Assembly: GCF_016433145.1 (NCBI RefSeq)
Contig: NC_058131.1
Location: forward strand, 595,470,705 to 595,529,960
DNA from: Gracilinanus agilis
Lineage: Eukaryota
DNA length: 59,256 nucleotides
Direction: 5' to 3'
Positions 21,991 to 36,554 of this stretch are shown piece by piece. The notes under the pieces were generated by a model that did not search any database, was not told the origin of the DNA, and saw nothing but the letters and a program-made list of their open reading frames with translations. The position numbers were made by a program, and so were the translations under genes. Each line of letters starts with the position of its first letter. Positions within the stretch are counted from its first letter, which is position 1.

Positions 21991-23859
21991 CTATGATATC
22001 AAGCCATATCGCTTCCTTGATAAGAACAGACAATGGTTAGCAGGCATTCGGTTGCCCAAAGACAAGACCCTTTCCAACATACGTGTGAATGATGTCACAG
22101 TTTAGGAGCAAGATCTGTCAGAAAAAAAAAAACATCAGTCCTATAGTACAAGGGTCAAAATTTTAGCTTTGGTTGGTACTCATCTCAGGGACCTGCTATA
22201 CTCTCAATTATCTGAGGCATCCAGAGAAATCAGGTATCCAAAAACTAAGGGGGATTCATTTATGGGAATTGGACTGACAACCCTTTCCTTTAGTGGTTTG
22301 AACCCTAATGCTATTCCCTGACTGCTGAGTATTCCCTAATGAAACATCTTGCTTGAGCAGAATCTCACAATTCAGACTTTTCCCAAACTTGCCAGTGATA
22401 ATTTCTATTAGGTCTTCTTCATCCCAGATTTATTCCGTGACTAAAAGTCTGCTGATTTTTTATGAACTAGTTCATAGTAAAGTATTATTGGATTAGTATA
22501 TTGTCCCCCTTCAATGAGTATTTTTATTTTAAGTGAAAACAATAAGGATGTCATGTTTTGTCCAAAGCAATAAATCTCTAAAGGTAAAAATTGGTTATGA
22601 GTTGGATGAGAGAAGAAAGTCCATTTATTATCGTTTTATCATTATCATTATTATTAACATTCATTAACATTCATTTATTAACATTCATTTATTAAACAAC
22701 CATTTATTGACTACCTACTATTTTCAAAAGACTATGCTAGTCACTGGAGGAAATAAAAAGATAAATTAAATTTAGTCCATGCCCTCAGAACAGCAGAAGA
22801 CACTAAAGGATGATGATAGGTTGAGAGTTGCTAATAACTTTAAAGGTTATCAAGTCCAAATTAACAAACAGATTAAAAAACTTGGCAAGGTTCATATATT
22901 TAGAAAGCAGAACAGGAGAGGTTTACATAAGTTTACAAGTGTATGATGTCCTGGGGACTGGGAAGCATGAAAGCATAAATCACTGATGGTAAAACCAATG
23001 ACTGACCTAAGCCCAGGTCAAATCCTGAAATGCAGACTAGGCAGGAAAAAGCAAGCAGAAACAAAAACTGACTATGTGGAGAGCACAAAACCAGCATAAC
23101 ACACATCCTTCTTCCTATTTTCACAATAGAACTTGGCAAATATGTATGAAAAGCAGAAAATGGTAGTGAGACCATGAAGATGAGGGAAGGACAGATTGTT
23201 AGGCAGCTGATGCAACATAAACCTTCAGGGAACAGAGACAATCACCAGGGTCTCTCAGGGAAAAAAAAAGAAACAAACAAACAAACAGATAGGAAGTCCC
23301 ATCAGACAGCTAAACATCAGTAAAAAAATACAGTGATGCCACAAGGAGGTTCAAAAGTTGTCCCAATTGGACTTTTTACTTAACACTTTAGTAGAAACAG
23401 TTAGAACAAATGAAAATAAACTTTCCTCTTAAGGTCTTGTTTCCATATTATTCTTGTCCATCATTACTTCCTGATTTCTTTTGCTTTTGTTTTCCTCTTT
23501 GGTGTTATTATATTCCACATCCCAAGTTTCCCTTCTCAGTGTGGTTATATATTTCAGGTCACTCTCTTGCCAAATGGCAATATAGGTCAGGATTAAATAA
23601 AATGGATCCTGCATGAGGCATAACATACTTGGTTTTTAAAGCCTTTCAGGATGAAACTAATTTCTATTATTCCTTGTATTAGACCTCCCAACACTTCTTA
23701 AAGAGATCCAGTTTTCCTGTTTGAATTGTCACACATCTCCCGCTGGCTCCAACAGATATAATTCATGTCACAGGATTCTGGAACTGGAAGGGCCTTTGTA
23801 ACAATTGAGGTGCAGAGTGGCTAAATAGGTTCTGCTTTATTTTGAAGAGAGGATGGGAA

Positions 23860-24090
23860 GGGAATGAGCCTTTATTAAGTCCCACAATGCTAAGCACATT
23901 AGAAATATTATCTCATTTCATCCTCACAACAACCATGGGAGGGTAGGTGTTATTATGATTCTCATTTTACAGTTGAAGAAACTGAGGCAGAGAGAAGCTA
24001 AGTAACTTGCCTAGGGTCACATCTTTAGTAAATGTATAGGGCAAGATTTAAACTGAGGACTTCCAGACTCCCCTCCACTGGACCACCTAA
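23860..24090 (-). mobile_element. MIR SINE
   Basis: atctcatttcatcctcacaacaacc, cattttacagttgaagaaactgaggc, aacttgcctagggtcac. Confidence 0.75.
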
Positions 24091-24189
24091 ATTCATTAAT
24101 TACTACAACCCCCATAGAGATTTTATGGAAAACAGTTGCACAAGATGGGCAAGTGTCCACTCATAGAATTTATATCATTGGAAAGATTG

Positions 24190-24535
24190 TACAGAATCAC
24201 AGAATTTTTGAGAATTGGGACAGACCTTAATGGCCATCTAGTTCAACTCATATAATAAGGTATCTCCGTTATAACATACCTCACAAATAATCTAATTTTT
24301 TTCTTGAAGCCATCCAAGGAGAGAAATTCTACTACCATTAGAGGCAGTCCATTTAGATAGGTCTCTCATGAAATTTTTCCTGATGTCAAACCTATATTTG
24401 CCTTATTGCCACTTGTACCCATTGTTCATGCTTCTTCCCTCTGGAGCCAAACAACACAAGTCTAGTCTTTCCTGCACAGGGTCACTCGAAGCTATCACGT
24501 CCCTCCTGAGCGTTCTCCTGACTAAATACCCCTGA
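24190..24535 (-). mobile_element. CR1/L3 LINE 3' fragment
   Basis: acagaatcacagaatt...gaccttaatggccatctagttcaac...ggcagtccatt...cccattgttc. Confidence 0.65.
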
Positions 24536-27500
24536 AACAATGAGAACATTCAATGAAAAGAGTTGGAGTTCATCTGTATAGAATGTCACAAGTCAGATGT
24601 ATCATGAATACACAAACCACCATGACACCATTTCTCATTTGTGACACTTTATTATCCCCACAAACCCCATATATTTGAATGGATTCATAGGCTGAGACAA
24701 GCTCCTATAAAGCAGGCTAGGAATATTTACAAGACGCTGGCCCACTAGGCAGAGTTTCCAGAGAGAGCAGCCCATTCTTTCATCCTGGAAGTGAAGGTTA
24801 CTCTCCAGACTCCAAGGCAAATGCTCAAATGTCTTCTGGGATAACCTGCCCTTTTTCATATACAGCCTTCAAAACAGGAAGAAACAAGGTCCAACTCTTC
24901 ACATAAGAAATATTTTTTCACAGGCATTCCATTAGTGAGAGATTGGGTGGCTTGCCCTGATGAACAAGCTTTTCCTCTCTCGGGACTGAAAAGAACTTCG
25001 TACTTTTTCTGAGGAATTGCTGCCCTCTCTTGGTAGATTCAATTTATTTCAAGAAAGGAAGCAGGGATTTTTGCATGTTGCCTTACTTACCAGCCTCATA
25101 ATCAGTTATTTCTTTGCCCACAATCACAATTAGCCCTGGAGATTTCCAGCAGCCAAACAGATTCATCAGGGTGAGTGGTCAGCACTAAGTCATGGATCAT
25201 GGGGCTAATTTAGAGCCAGGTGCCTTACAAGTTATCTAATCCAACCTTGCCCCAAAACACTCTGCCCCCGACCCCATCCAATCTCATTTTGTAGATGAGG
25301 AAATGAGCCCAGAAAAGTGGAGCAGACATAACAGTCCCAAAGCAGACATAAACAGGCCATAGGTAGCAGAACTAGAATCCAAACGCAGGCTCTCATTTGT
25401 TTTCCACTATACCATTTGAAAAAGAAACTATGCCATTGTGGAACTGAAGTCATTGTTGTTTGGTCAGTGATTCTCATCTTCCCAAACAGTGGGATCTACT
25501 TACTACTGGCCAATGGCTCTCTCCAGTAGAGATGCTAACCATTTGACACAATATGGGCTACCTGAAGCAGATTAAAACATAATTGGACAAATTTAACAAA
25601 ATAAGTAAAAATGCAAAAGAAGATAGTTGATGTTAATATGTGATTTTTCCAAATCAATATAGCCTGCAGGCATCCTGATTATGGTGTGGTAGCCTTGTTT
25701 ATATTTCAGTTTGACCCTACTGCTCAACTATACATTGTCCTAAAACCATAATTTAACTTCTGTAACAATAATCACAAGGAAGCATGGTATAGTGGACAGA
25801 AAGCTGGCTAGAATGCAGGAAGTTCTGGATTCAATTTCTGCCTCTCACCTATACTGATTAGGTGACTCTGGACAAGTCTTAGTGTCCCCAAATAATTCTC
25901 TAAGGATATAAATTGCAGTGTAGGTACTGATCTCTATTGGGGAATGGTGGTTCCTTCAACAAGGAGTTCCCCATCTCAGTGATATCATAGATCCAATCTC
26001 TGTTCCCTAATGATATCCTGATGGACTGGAAGCATCCATAAGCAGAATCTAATATACCCTCATGGAATAGCTTACATACTAGAAAAATTGAAATCAACAA
26101 GGATGGAAGATAAAAAGAAATTATTCACATACCAAATTCTTGTTTACTAGCTTTTTAATGTGACCAAAAATAAAAACAACAATCCCAAAACATAATTTAT
26201 CAGAGTTCTTCCACTTTCCAGTTCACAGCTGGATGGGATTCAATTAAAAACAAATAAATAAAACTGCAAAAAATGAAGCAAAGGGAAATTGAAGACTGAA
26301 TTTGGCCATTTCATACATGCAATGTGAACAGAACAGACTAGTGTGAAATAGTCCAGTAAATTCAACATTATTTATAGTGAAATACACATTAAAGACAAAT
26401 TGAGACAATGCTAGATTAAGTTTTGGTTTGGTTTTTTTCATTGTTTTTTGAGCTATTTGAGTCTCTTTATACTTCACTTGCTAACTTCCCTTTCAAGATA
26501 CAAGAGCCAGTGATATGGCCAAGGGAATTAATGATTTTGTGTATGAACAGTGTGAGGATGGAGGGGCATACCTCCTATTGACAGAGGACTCTAAAACATA
26601 AATGAATTTCACTGGCTACAATGTAAAGGGACTTTTCAAGAAAGAATGAAAGTCTCCAAGGCAAATATTCTCTCTCTTTCCTTGAATGTTTCATTAATTG
26701 CAACATCCCCCAGAACATTTGCTATGCATCCAAAGCACTTTTTACAGATCACAAAATCCTTTTCAAAATTACAAACTCTATATCCAGAGGGCTCATCTTT
26801 ATTTGCACAGCCCACAAACATAGCCATTCCTGGATTGGACTGCCATGTCTAACATTACAACCTCACATTTCAAGATAAGGAAAGGAAGAAAAATGCCCTA
26901 CTACCCAGTCAGAGGACTAAGGTACCCACGGTTGAAATGGCTCTTAAGATAATTTTAGCACTGTCACTGGCAAACTATTCTGAGCAGCCCAAGAATGATT
27001 AGACATGTTCCAGCCCTTCATACATCTTTCCATAGAGGGCATTGCCTCTGATATTTCCTTAGATACTACTACTCCTAATACAGAAGCAACCGACAGAACT
27101 GAACCTCTCAGGATCCCAACAATGATTCTTGGATCACCTCTTCTTTAGCCTTAACCCTGAGTGGAAATGAAAAGGGGGCTTTGTAGGCATGCATCCAAAA
27201 ATCAAGTGTTTGGGAAGGTCTTGCTTATTACATCACCTCTTTTTCCATGCAACTAATTACATGAGGGACAGAGCTCAGCATTTACAAGAGACAGACAGCA
27301 TTCAGAGCTTCTGGGTTTAATGTCCTCTATCCTTCAGACGGATCCAAACCCAAGACCTAATATCCCAAGCAGAAAAATAACCCAAAATATGTTCTCTGCT
27401 TCCTAAAAAACTGAACCTATGAGTCATTTTAATAGATATTTGAAATATTGCAAAATTGGCAAACATATATGTTATTGTTAAATATCCACATCTTTTCAAT

Positions 27501-27549
27501 TCTATCCTCACATATTAAAAATAGACTGTGTCCAAACTAGCTGACAAAT

Positions 27550-30500
27550 ATATTAAATACATTTCAAGATATTTTATTCTATTCATACATTGTACTGTTT
27601 TCTCTATATTGCATCAGGGGCTACACGTTCACGTAGCCTCTCTCACCTTTTTCCACTGAGCTATTTTCCAGTTGACTTCCCTAAAGTGATTTGAATAAAT
27701 TTATGCTTCAAGCTCATTCATTGTTTACAGAGAAATGTACTAGGTGCTACACCTGTGTTTATGGATAAGGATAAAATTGTGTTGTAAAACACTGTACTAT
27801 ATAGAAATATTTATCTCCTGTATGAATCCCTTGCTGAATGTCTCTTCTTTACCATCTTTGAAGGGGGAGGGGGATAGGGAACTTAGCATAGTCCTTTTCT
27901 ATATTCACAATGCCTTCCAAAAACTTTTTTTTTCCATTTTTTGGATCTAACATTTGGATTTTAACATAAGACTCATCTCACCCCACCATGATAGTCATTA
28001 TTTCAATAGTTATAGTATCTTCCCCCAGTCCAACTGCCAAATCACATCTCAAAGGTATCGTCATTCTCAAAGTTGTTTATCCTACAATTCAAATAATTTG
28101 TCCTATAGTTTGATATCACAACAAATATTTAAAAGATTGGATTTGGAAAATTGCACTTCAAGTCTTCTATATGGAATATCAATAAATTAACTAAAATAAT
28201 CCACTCCAAACACAATCTTTTCATGTTTGTATCTGCTATGTCTTTCAATACTATATAAACTCTTTGAACGGGAAGATTTGTTTTTGTCTTTGTTATCCCC
28301 AATATTTAACACAGGGCCTAGCACATAATTTGAACTTCATGAGTGCTTGTTTAATCAAATTATATAAAAACATCCTATTAATTTGGGCAGTGGTTGACTC
28401 AATAAGAAATCTTCATTCCTATGTTATTTTGTTGGTTTTTAATATAGTTTTTGTTTTCTTTTGTATTGTATTTGTTTTTTGTTTTGCTTTCAAGACCTTA
28501 GAGTGATTGGTTCTGGGCCAGGAAAATAGTAGTTTGCCTAAAAGTAAATATTGAATGAATTTGTGATTAGATATTTGTCTATTGCTTGTTTATAAATAAA
28601 CAGGTGGGGTTTTTTAAGTGTTTAGTAGTTCTCAAATAGTTTTTAAAACTCTCTTTTACAATTTTGCTTATTCTATCAATTTGCCTTGACCACTCTTTTT
28701 TTCCCCTGCCTATAAAGGTATGGCAAAGGTAAGCTTTGGTCTTGCCTCTATTAGAATGATCATAAATTCAGATTTATTTTTAGTTCAAATTTCTGAAGTT
28801 TTATTATAAAAGAAATGGAAGGCAATGTGTTTCTTTTTTAATGGAACCTCCTTTCCATTTGCCTTCATCAGGGATGTCAACCTAGAATAAACAAAGTAGC
28901 CAACTTGTCTCAAATCACATATAGTAACTACATTCACATTTATAGGGAATAAATGAGGGATTTTTTGACTGAATACATGTTCATGCTTTTGAAAATGTTT
29001 TAATATGCTTAAGACATGCAAACCATAGTCTAGAGCAATCTAAATGTGTTTTTTAGGAAAGGAAGGTTTCGGAATTAATGATATCTTCTCCTTGCTATGT
29101 ACACGCCTCATCTACTTAGTAATAATTAAATATTATAACACATTTTATTTTTCCATTTAACCTCTGTGACTAACTTCTCTGTTTCATTTCCTGGTTTGTC
29201 TCTGTGGAAACCTTACTGCTAATACAAAAGCATGCATTTAAATTCCATACCCTCTCTCTGTACATTAAAGAGAATTTGCTTAAAGTACATCTCAAATTCA
29301 AAGACTGCATCTATTTGACATGCTCCCAGATTATCCTGTGGGCTATGTCTCATACAACATTCAAACACATATAACATCTTCTGTATACAAAAGCCCCCCC
29401 AAAAAAGATGGTGGGAAGAGGACAGTTAAAGGAAAATATGCCATAAATATTGTGGTCAGTAGTGGGATCAGTAGTGGTCAATGTGGGATCAGAAATTTTT
29501 TTATTTCACTTTTCCTTCAAAACTTCATTTTATCTTGTTTAAAGGGAAATTTCTAAGTACTGTCATTAAGTTAGATTTCTAGTTTTATAAAATCTTCAAT
29601 ATTTCCTATCACTACCTATGGGCAATATAATTAGGTAAAAGTTGGAGAGAGAATATTTAGAACCAAATGTTACCACTTTAAGTTTCAACAATAAATGTGA
29701 TGTATAGCCAAAAAGTTTATGGCTACATATTTTTGTATTTCATATTTCTGGCTATATATTCACAAGTTGTAAATGAAATGAACATAGGCATTTCAATCAT
29801 GAATTTAAGATCTTTACCATTTTCACTTAAGCCTATAGATCTACAACTAGAAAATAAATAAAGCTATGGATAAGGAAGAAACAATTTTGTTTAACTAAAA
29901 ATATTTCCTAAATACAAAGAACTTTAGTTTGATTAGTAACACTACTATCAACTGTTACTTTTTTCACCATAGGTATTGAGATGCACTGGTATATGTTTTT
30001 AGCCAATTCCCAAAGGTGCAAATATATATATATACTCTCTGTAAGAGTGGATTTACACTAAAAGAATTAGCACTACCACTTTAAAATACTTTGTTTAATC
30101 AAAAAATGTGAAGGTAATTTGTCAGAACTGGATAAACAGATGGGGAAAAGGCAGCATGTTACATATATAAGTATGTATGTGTGCATGTAGTGTAGATATA
30201 TATATATATATGTATATATTTATTCTATCAGTATAAAGAAGGGAATAATTCTTCTTAACAAGTAGAGTTTTCCAAAAATGTGATGGACCACCTTGATGGA
30301 TAGAGAAGTATCCACCAGTGAAGGTCTTTAAAGAAAGAACAGATGGTTACTCTTTAGGGATAATGTAAAGATGATTTCTGTATAAATATGGGTTGGACAG
30401 CATGACTTCTGAGATCCTTTCCAATGCTGTGAGATTCTATTATTCATAGGCAATTTTAACCTGGGGTTTATTGACTTTTAGGGGGTGAAGGTAGGAGAAT

Positions 30501-33500
30501 AACTTTATTTCATTATTATTGGTTTCCTTTGTAATCTATGAATTTTATTTTATCAGTTTAAAAATATGAGTCTGAGACAGGGTCCATAGGGTCCACCAGC
30601 CCAAAAGTGTCTGTGACACAAAAACAGTTAAGAACTTCTTTTCTAAGGAAATTATTTGCCTTGAGTGAGTGGGAGAATGGACCCTCGTTTCCAGCTCTAC
30701 ATTTATCTCCTTATCACCTTAGAACTGCCTTCTAATAACTCTCTGCTGCTGCCACCTTCTGTCAGGTCCGTTAATCATGCAAAGGCCTAGATCTAGCCAT
30801 TTGAAAAGTAAAATCTCTGAAAGAGTGATAAGGAAAATAAAGAAATCGTGGGAAGGGAGAGAGTGCTGGCTGTTGGTGCTAGAAAGACCTGAATTTAAGA
30901 TTGACCTCAGTCATTTCCTAACTATATAACCCCAGGCAAATCATTTAACCTCAGGGTACTTCAGTCTGTTCATCTACAAAATAGGTTGTTATGAGGATAA
31001 AATGAGATAACACTTGTAAAGTGTTTTGCATACCTTAAAGCACAATATAAAGACTAGTTATTGTCATTATTGCTATCTATCTTACCTGTCTTGGGAGAAG
31101 AGAATCCCCAGAATGGCATGTGTGTTCAGCAAACTTCAGCTGATTTGCAGAGAAGTTTAGGGTGTTTATAAACTCAGATCCAACTAGATAAAGACCTTTG
31201 TTAAAATTTGACATTTTACAATTATTAATCAAGTGACTTCATCACCAAAAATTCTAGGAAAGATTCGGTTGCTAAGATCTCAGTGCCTGAAGAATTTAGG
31301 GGTATGAGAACTGAAAAAATCTGAGAAAAAAATCAAATCAATAAAGGAAGATGCTGTTAAAGACTGCAAATAAGGGATAGTTTCTAGGAACTGCTAGTTT
31401 GTCTTTAGTGAAAAGTGTACAAATCTATGTACTGCCCTCCCCCTACTTAGCTAATTGTTTTCAATAAAACAAATTGTCTCATTTCAGCACTATAAGATGA
31501 CAGTATACTAATGAACAGTTTCAAAAAAAGCCCTACTACTAATAAGGGTATTTTTAAAAATATTATTACTATGAGTCCAAACCAATGGTTTTAATGGCAT
31601 AGGGAACTCCTACTGATGCAGCTGGATAATCATCTCTAGTTTCTTGTTTGAGAAGTTTGCATAGGGGGAGCAACAGGGGAAAACACGATGGGGTCACCAT
31701 AGTCACACACAGCTAGTATGTGTCAGGGGTGATACATGGCCCTAAGTCTTCCTAATGTTAAGACCAGACATCTATCTTCTATACAATGCTGCCTCTCTGC
31801 TACTCCTAAGGAGGAAAAAAAAAGTTTTTTAAAGAATCATGAAATGTGGACCAGTTTTATTGCCAAAGTACAGTCCAGTACTTTGTCCCCATATACTTCC
31901 TTTCTTAGCTAAAATAACAAAGAATCCACTAAGTTTTATTTAAGGGATCTCCTTGAAACCAATCGCCTCCCCTAATGGCATACCCTATGGACAATGTTTA
32001 ATGAGTGCTATTCTTCTCAGCAACCATGACAGCATGGAGGAAGCAGCTAGGCTTTACTGCCAGGTTATTCTTCATATTTAAAGGCTGTCAATGACTGGGT
32101 ACACTCTTTATGGGGGATTCAGTGATGGATGAGATGAAAGTTATACTTGATTGGTTGGGGAGTTAGTTTAAGCAGCAAAAGAAACAGTGCAGTAATGTCT
32201 ATAAATTGGGAAGACAGAACTTGGAGAACTGACTAAAGCTGAACCTAGAGGTACAATCAGTGCTCCAGTACTCCCCAATTCATCACTTTCAGGATCCAGA
32301 AGATCAATCATAACTAGAAATACAGGACCCAACAGTGTGTGACTTCCTTAAGTGGTAAGTCTCCATTAAAATGGACTCCAATAGGGGTTATGGAAGTCCT
32401 AGAATTCAATGATCTTCTCTTATAAAATTAGCCAGAATATTGTAGATATGGATAGAATTAATATAATGTATATAAGAGCTCTCAAAAAAGCAGTAGCATT
32501 CACATTAGTTACAACCTGTGCACCATTAATAACAGGATAATTAACATGAAGTTACAAAACATGCATGGTTTCATAAGGAAGAGTGAAGAATCAGATTTTA
32601 AAATAAAAGATTTCTTTCTCTGACATGAAATAATAAAAAGAAGAGAACATAGAATCAGGGTACATATAGAGATAGAGCCAAGGTCAGATAGAGAAGCAGA
32701 GGGAAGGATGAAGAAGTTACATTCAAGAGAGTATAGAATGAGACAATCTCAAATCATCTCTGAACCTAAACAACTCTCTCCAAAACTGGGGAACTCTGAA
32801 AAGTCAATACAAACGCAGTATTTTTTTTACATAAGTGAATATTTCTTGAGTTGAATCTATCACGTTATTTATGTCAAAGAGCACACTGCAAATAAGTGTG
32901 CAAAATGAGTGTCATGTATAATAAAGAGGCAATCATTCCATCTATTGATCTGCCTTTCTTTGCAAGGTGTCCAATATGCTTAGCCACATCTAAGTTCTAG
33001 ATCCAATTCTCCCAGCACAACTTTTCCTAGAGTACTGAACAATGGAAAACTGGTTCGGTTTTCCTTCTCCATTGTTGGAAAGGCCTTGAATGAAAGGTGG
33101 GTATGCAGGCATTGCCTGCCCGTGGGACATGTCCTCTTTTGACAGATGCTAACTTAGCTGACTAAAATGAATGAGAGGAATCTACAATTTGTAAACATGG
33201 GCCATTTTTTCGTCCCCAGGAAATGGAATTGTGTTCTTGCCAACAAAACAATAGTCAAAGGCCACTGAACTCATTACATCTTGTATCCAGAGAAGTGGCA
33301 AAAGTCAAATTCAGGTCATGAGGACCATATATTTTTTATTTCATGGATGATTTCTATAGCATATAAAACTTAACTTATCCATCTACACAGAGAAAAGTGC
33401 CAGGATTAAATGGACTGTACAATGTGAGCTCACTAGTGCATCCTCTAGATAACAGGTTAAATAGCTATAAGAAACACTGCTTACATTTCATTCCATCTGA

Positions 33501-34381
33501 CCCATATCTCCTGGGACCCCAAACAGCAATGCCTTCCCAAATATGGATAAAATGCCACTAAACATCTCTAGATCCTATACTCTAAATGTTCATGTCCAAC
33601 TACCTCCTTATGACATGTTATCATATGTAGACATTTGGTTTGCAGAATGTTCATCACATAATTGCCTTTCAATAAAACTAAATAAAAAAATAAATCCCCC
33701 ATCATCACATTGGATTTCCTAATTTTCATCTAATGGACAGAATGGAGTTGGAGAATAGTGGTCAATTTCAAAAAAATATATATATATATTGCGCCAAACA
33801 GTTATATATTTGCTTTTGAAATGCTTCTGCACCAATTTTTAAATGGAAATTGAAACAGGTAGTATTTCAAAATCTTGAAAAAATAAAAAAAACCAACATA
33901 TATGCTTCTTCCTCATACCAAAAATCAAAAAGAGAGATTGTATCTTCAACTAAAACAATTTTTTGTGTTTTCTGGCCCAATGAAGGAGTCGGGCTGAAAA
34001 GTAGTCTTGAAATGCAAACCATAACTTAGGCCTCATCTAGGGAAAAGAGGCAGAGATGGTCCCCCTCACTCCTGCACAGTATGTGCACTCACTGGAAGAG
34101 GAGACAATTGTACCCTCACTCTTTGAGCCTTAGGCTAGGGAGACCTAGGCATGACACAAAACCCTGTATTCGTATGGTTGGCTGTTGGTACCACCATATC
34201 AATCCATTTTGGTCAGAGCACTCTCACAGTTGAAACTGGTCCTAAACTATGGGTCTCCAAATTAGTTTTTCTTCCCCTGTTATCTGAAAGTATCCACCAG
34301 AAAGTGATAAACAGCAAGAGTGGGGGCATATCAATTTTCCTTGATATAGCTCTTCAGGTTTTTGCTTTTCCCCCAAACTGT
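27550..34381 (-). other. SV2B: Probable long SV2B 3'UTR (distal end not determinable)
   Basis: Directly downstream of the stop codon and free of the young L1 and SINE1 copies seen elsewhere. Several minus-strand AATAAA candidates (33335-33340, about 29145, 28800-28805, about 28773, about 27574). Confidence 0.4.
30860..31080 (+). mobile_element. MIR SINE
   Basis: ggcaaatcatttaacctc, catctacaaaat, gaggataaaatgagataac...gtaaagtgttttgca. Confidence 0.7.
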
Positions 34382-34565
34382 TCACATCAAGACCTGTTCT
34401 CGAGTCTCTGGCAATCGAAGGGCAATCAGACCTCCCCCAACCAGAGAAGAGGAAGCCAAGAGGATGGGTACCACTTTGGTTATCCCTACAAAGGAAGCAA
34501 AGATGGAATTTCCCAAAATGGCTGCAAATTTACAGATGCCGTTGAGGATACCAAAAGCCGTTGCT
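34382..34565 (-). CDS. SV2B: SV2B last coding exon (184 nt including TGA)
   Basis: ttttttctctacAG|A GCA ACG; encodes (R)ATAFGILNGICKFAAILGNSIFASFVGITKVVPILLASSSLVGGGLIALRLPETREQVLM*. The LPETREQVLM C-terminus is SV2B-type. Confidence 0.97.
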
Positions 34566-35539
34566 CTGTAGAGAAAAAAAGAAACAAATGAAAACAAAAA
34601 TAGAGGAAGAAAATTGAAGATGCTTTCATTAGGCATAGCAGAGCAATCTTACTACCTCTGTCAATAATTATATGTTACCTTGAACCAGTTCATTTCCTTG
34701 GGCCCCAATTTTGTCTATAAAATGAAGGAATTTAGTGATTTGTAAATTTTTTTTTTATAAAATCTTATGTATTTTAGCTTACACATTTAAAAACATTCTG
34801 AGGAGGCTTTACCAAACTACAAAAAGATCCATTAAAAAAAAAAAGATTAACAACTCCTAGACTGTATGTTGGTTTGGAGTCCTTTCTAGCTCTACATCTA
34901 TGGTTATATGATCCTATGATTGCTATTTCTTATCCTCAAGATAAGAGATTTACAGCAAAAAAATACTTCCTGATTCAGAATACAAGTGAGTTAGATATGT
35001 AGGTTGGATAGAAAAATGCTAATCCCTAGCAGGTAACTCAGAATCACTAGCCAAGAACAGCTTGGGTCAGGGTATTTTGTTCGGCTGAATTTTTACAGGG
35101 TGTAAATAAGCAAATCATCAAGTCTTGGTATTTTGATCATTAAGAAAGAATATCAGAGAGCTTTAGGGAAATGCTACACAAAGTTCTCTTTTTTAGTTTC
35201 CTACTTTAGCATTTGGCATCACATCTACTTTCTTTCTTCAGCAATGCTGAGTACATTAAAACCATCCATGCTAAGTGACTGTTTTTAGTGGGCAAAAAGA
35301 AATAAAACCTCCAGAAAGTGGAATGTAAGAAACAACAGGAGACAGATAAATGGTCTCCCAATTTTCTTGAGCTTCTGGACAGAGTGCTGACCTTGTCAAT
35401 TGTAAAAACCTGTTTCTGGCTCAGTCCAGGGACCAAAAATCATATTTGGCCTTTAATTCTATTCAAATTCCTATTCTCTGAGGAAAAGAGAACAATCTGG
35501 TTCTCCCAACATTGTTCTCTGCTACCTGTCCCTCCACTA

Positions 35540-35770
35540 GCTAACTTTTACCTAGTGCTTAAAGAACTGAAATGCATTTCACATATTAATCTAATTTGTT
35601 CCTCATAATAATCCTGTGAGGTGGATGCTACTATCAACACAATTTAACAGGTGAGGAAACTGAGGCTGTCTGAAGTTAAGTAAATGAATCATCCATGGTC
35701 ACACAGCTTGTAAATGTCTGAGTTAGGATTTGAACTCAGGTTCGAGATATTCAGCTATTATTAGACACTA
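35540..35770 (-). mobile_element. MIR SINE
   Basis: cctcataataatcctgtgagg, aggtgaggaaactgaggct, ggtcacacagcttgtaaatgtc, ggatttgaactcagg. Confidence 0.7.
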
Positions 35771-35858
35771 TGCAATCCTGGGCAAGTCACTTAACTTCAA
35801 GATTATCAAAACCATATATGTGAAAAGTCAGGAGCTGAGACAGTTGGAGAGATCTCCC

Positions 35859-36454
35859 NNNNNNNNNNNNNNNNNNNNNNNNNNNNNNNNNNNNNNNNNN
35901 NNNNNNNNNNNNNNNNNNNNNNNNNNNNNNNNNNNNNNNNNNNNNNNNNNNNNNNNNNNNNNNNNNNNNNNNNNNNNNNNNNNNNNNNNNNNNNNNNNNN
36001 NNNNNNNNNNNNNNNNNNNNNNNNNNNNNNNNNNNNNNNNNNNNNNNNNNNNNNNNNNNNNNNNNNNNNNNNNNNNNNNNNNNNNNNNNNNNNNNNNNNN
36101 NNNNNNNNNNNNNNNNNNNNNNNNNNNNNNNNNNNNNNNNNNNNNNNNNNNNNNNNNNNNNNNNNNNNNNNNNNNNNNNNNNNNNNNNNNNNNNNNNNNN
36201 NNNNNNNNNNNNNNNNNNNNNNNNNNNNNNNNNNNNNNNNNNNNNNNNNNNNNNNNNNNNNNNNNNNNNNNNNNNNNNNNNNNNNNNNNNNNNNNNNNNN
36301 NNNNNNNNNNNNNNNNNNNNNNNNNNNNNNNNNNNNNNNNNNNNNNNNNNNNNNNNNNNNNNNNNNNNNNNNNNNNNNNNNNNNNNNNNNNNNNNNNNNN
36401 NNNNNNNNNNNNNNNNNNNNNNNNNNNNNNNNNNNNNNNNNNNNNNNNNNNNNN
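35859..36454. other. Assembly gap (596 N)
   Basis: Run of n. Confidence 1.
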
Positions 36455-36554
36455 CTCTCTATCTCTCTAGATAAATAAGATTTGTACTTGGCCCCAGCTA
36501 GACAACAACCAAGCCCAGGGGACAGATAGTGGAATGCCCCAGGGAAGTATTCAC

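Noticed and set aside
34151-34591. 146-aa plus-strand ORF
   Set aside because: It is the antisense shadow of the SV2B last exon, with no independent support.
35730-36470. Long ORFs containing X runs (also 17926-18352)
   Set aside because: Artefacts of translating through N gaps.
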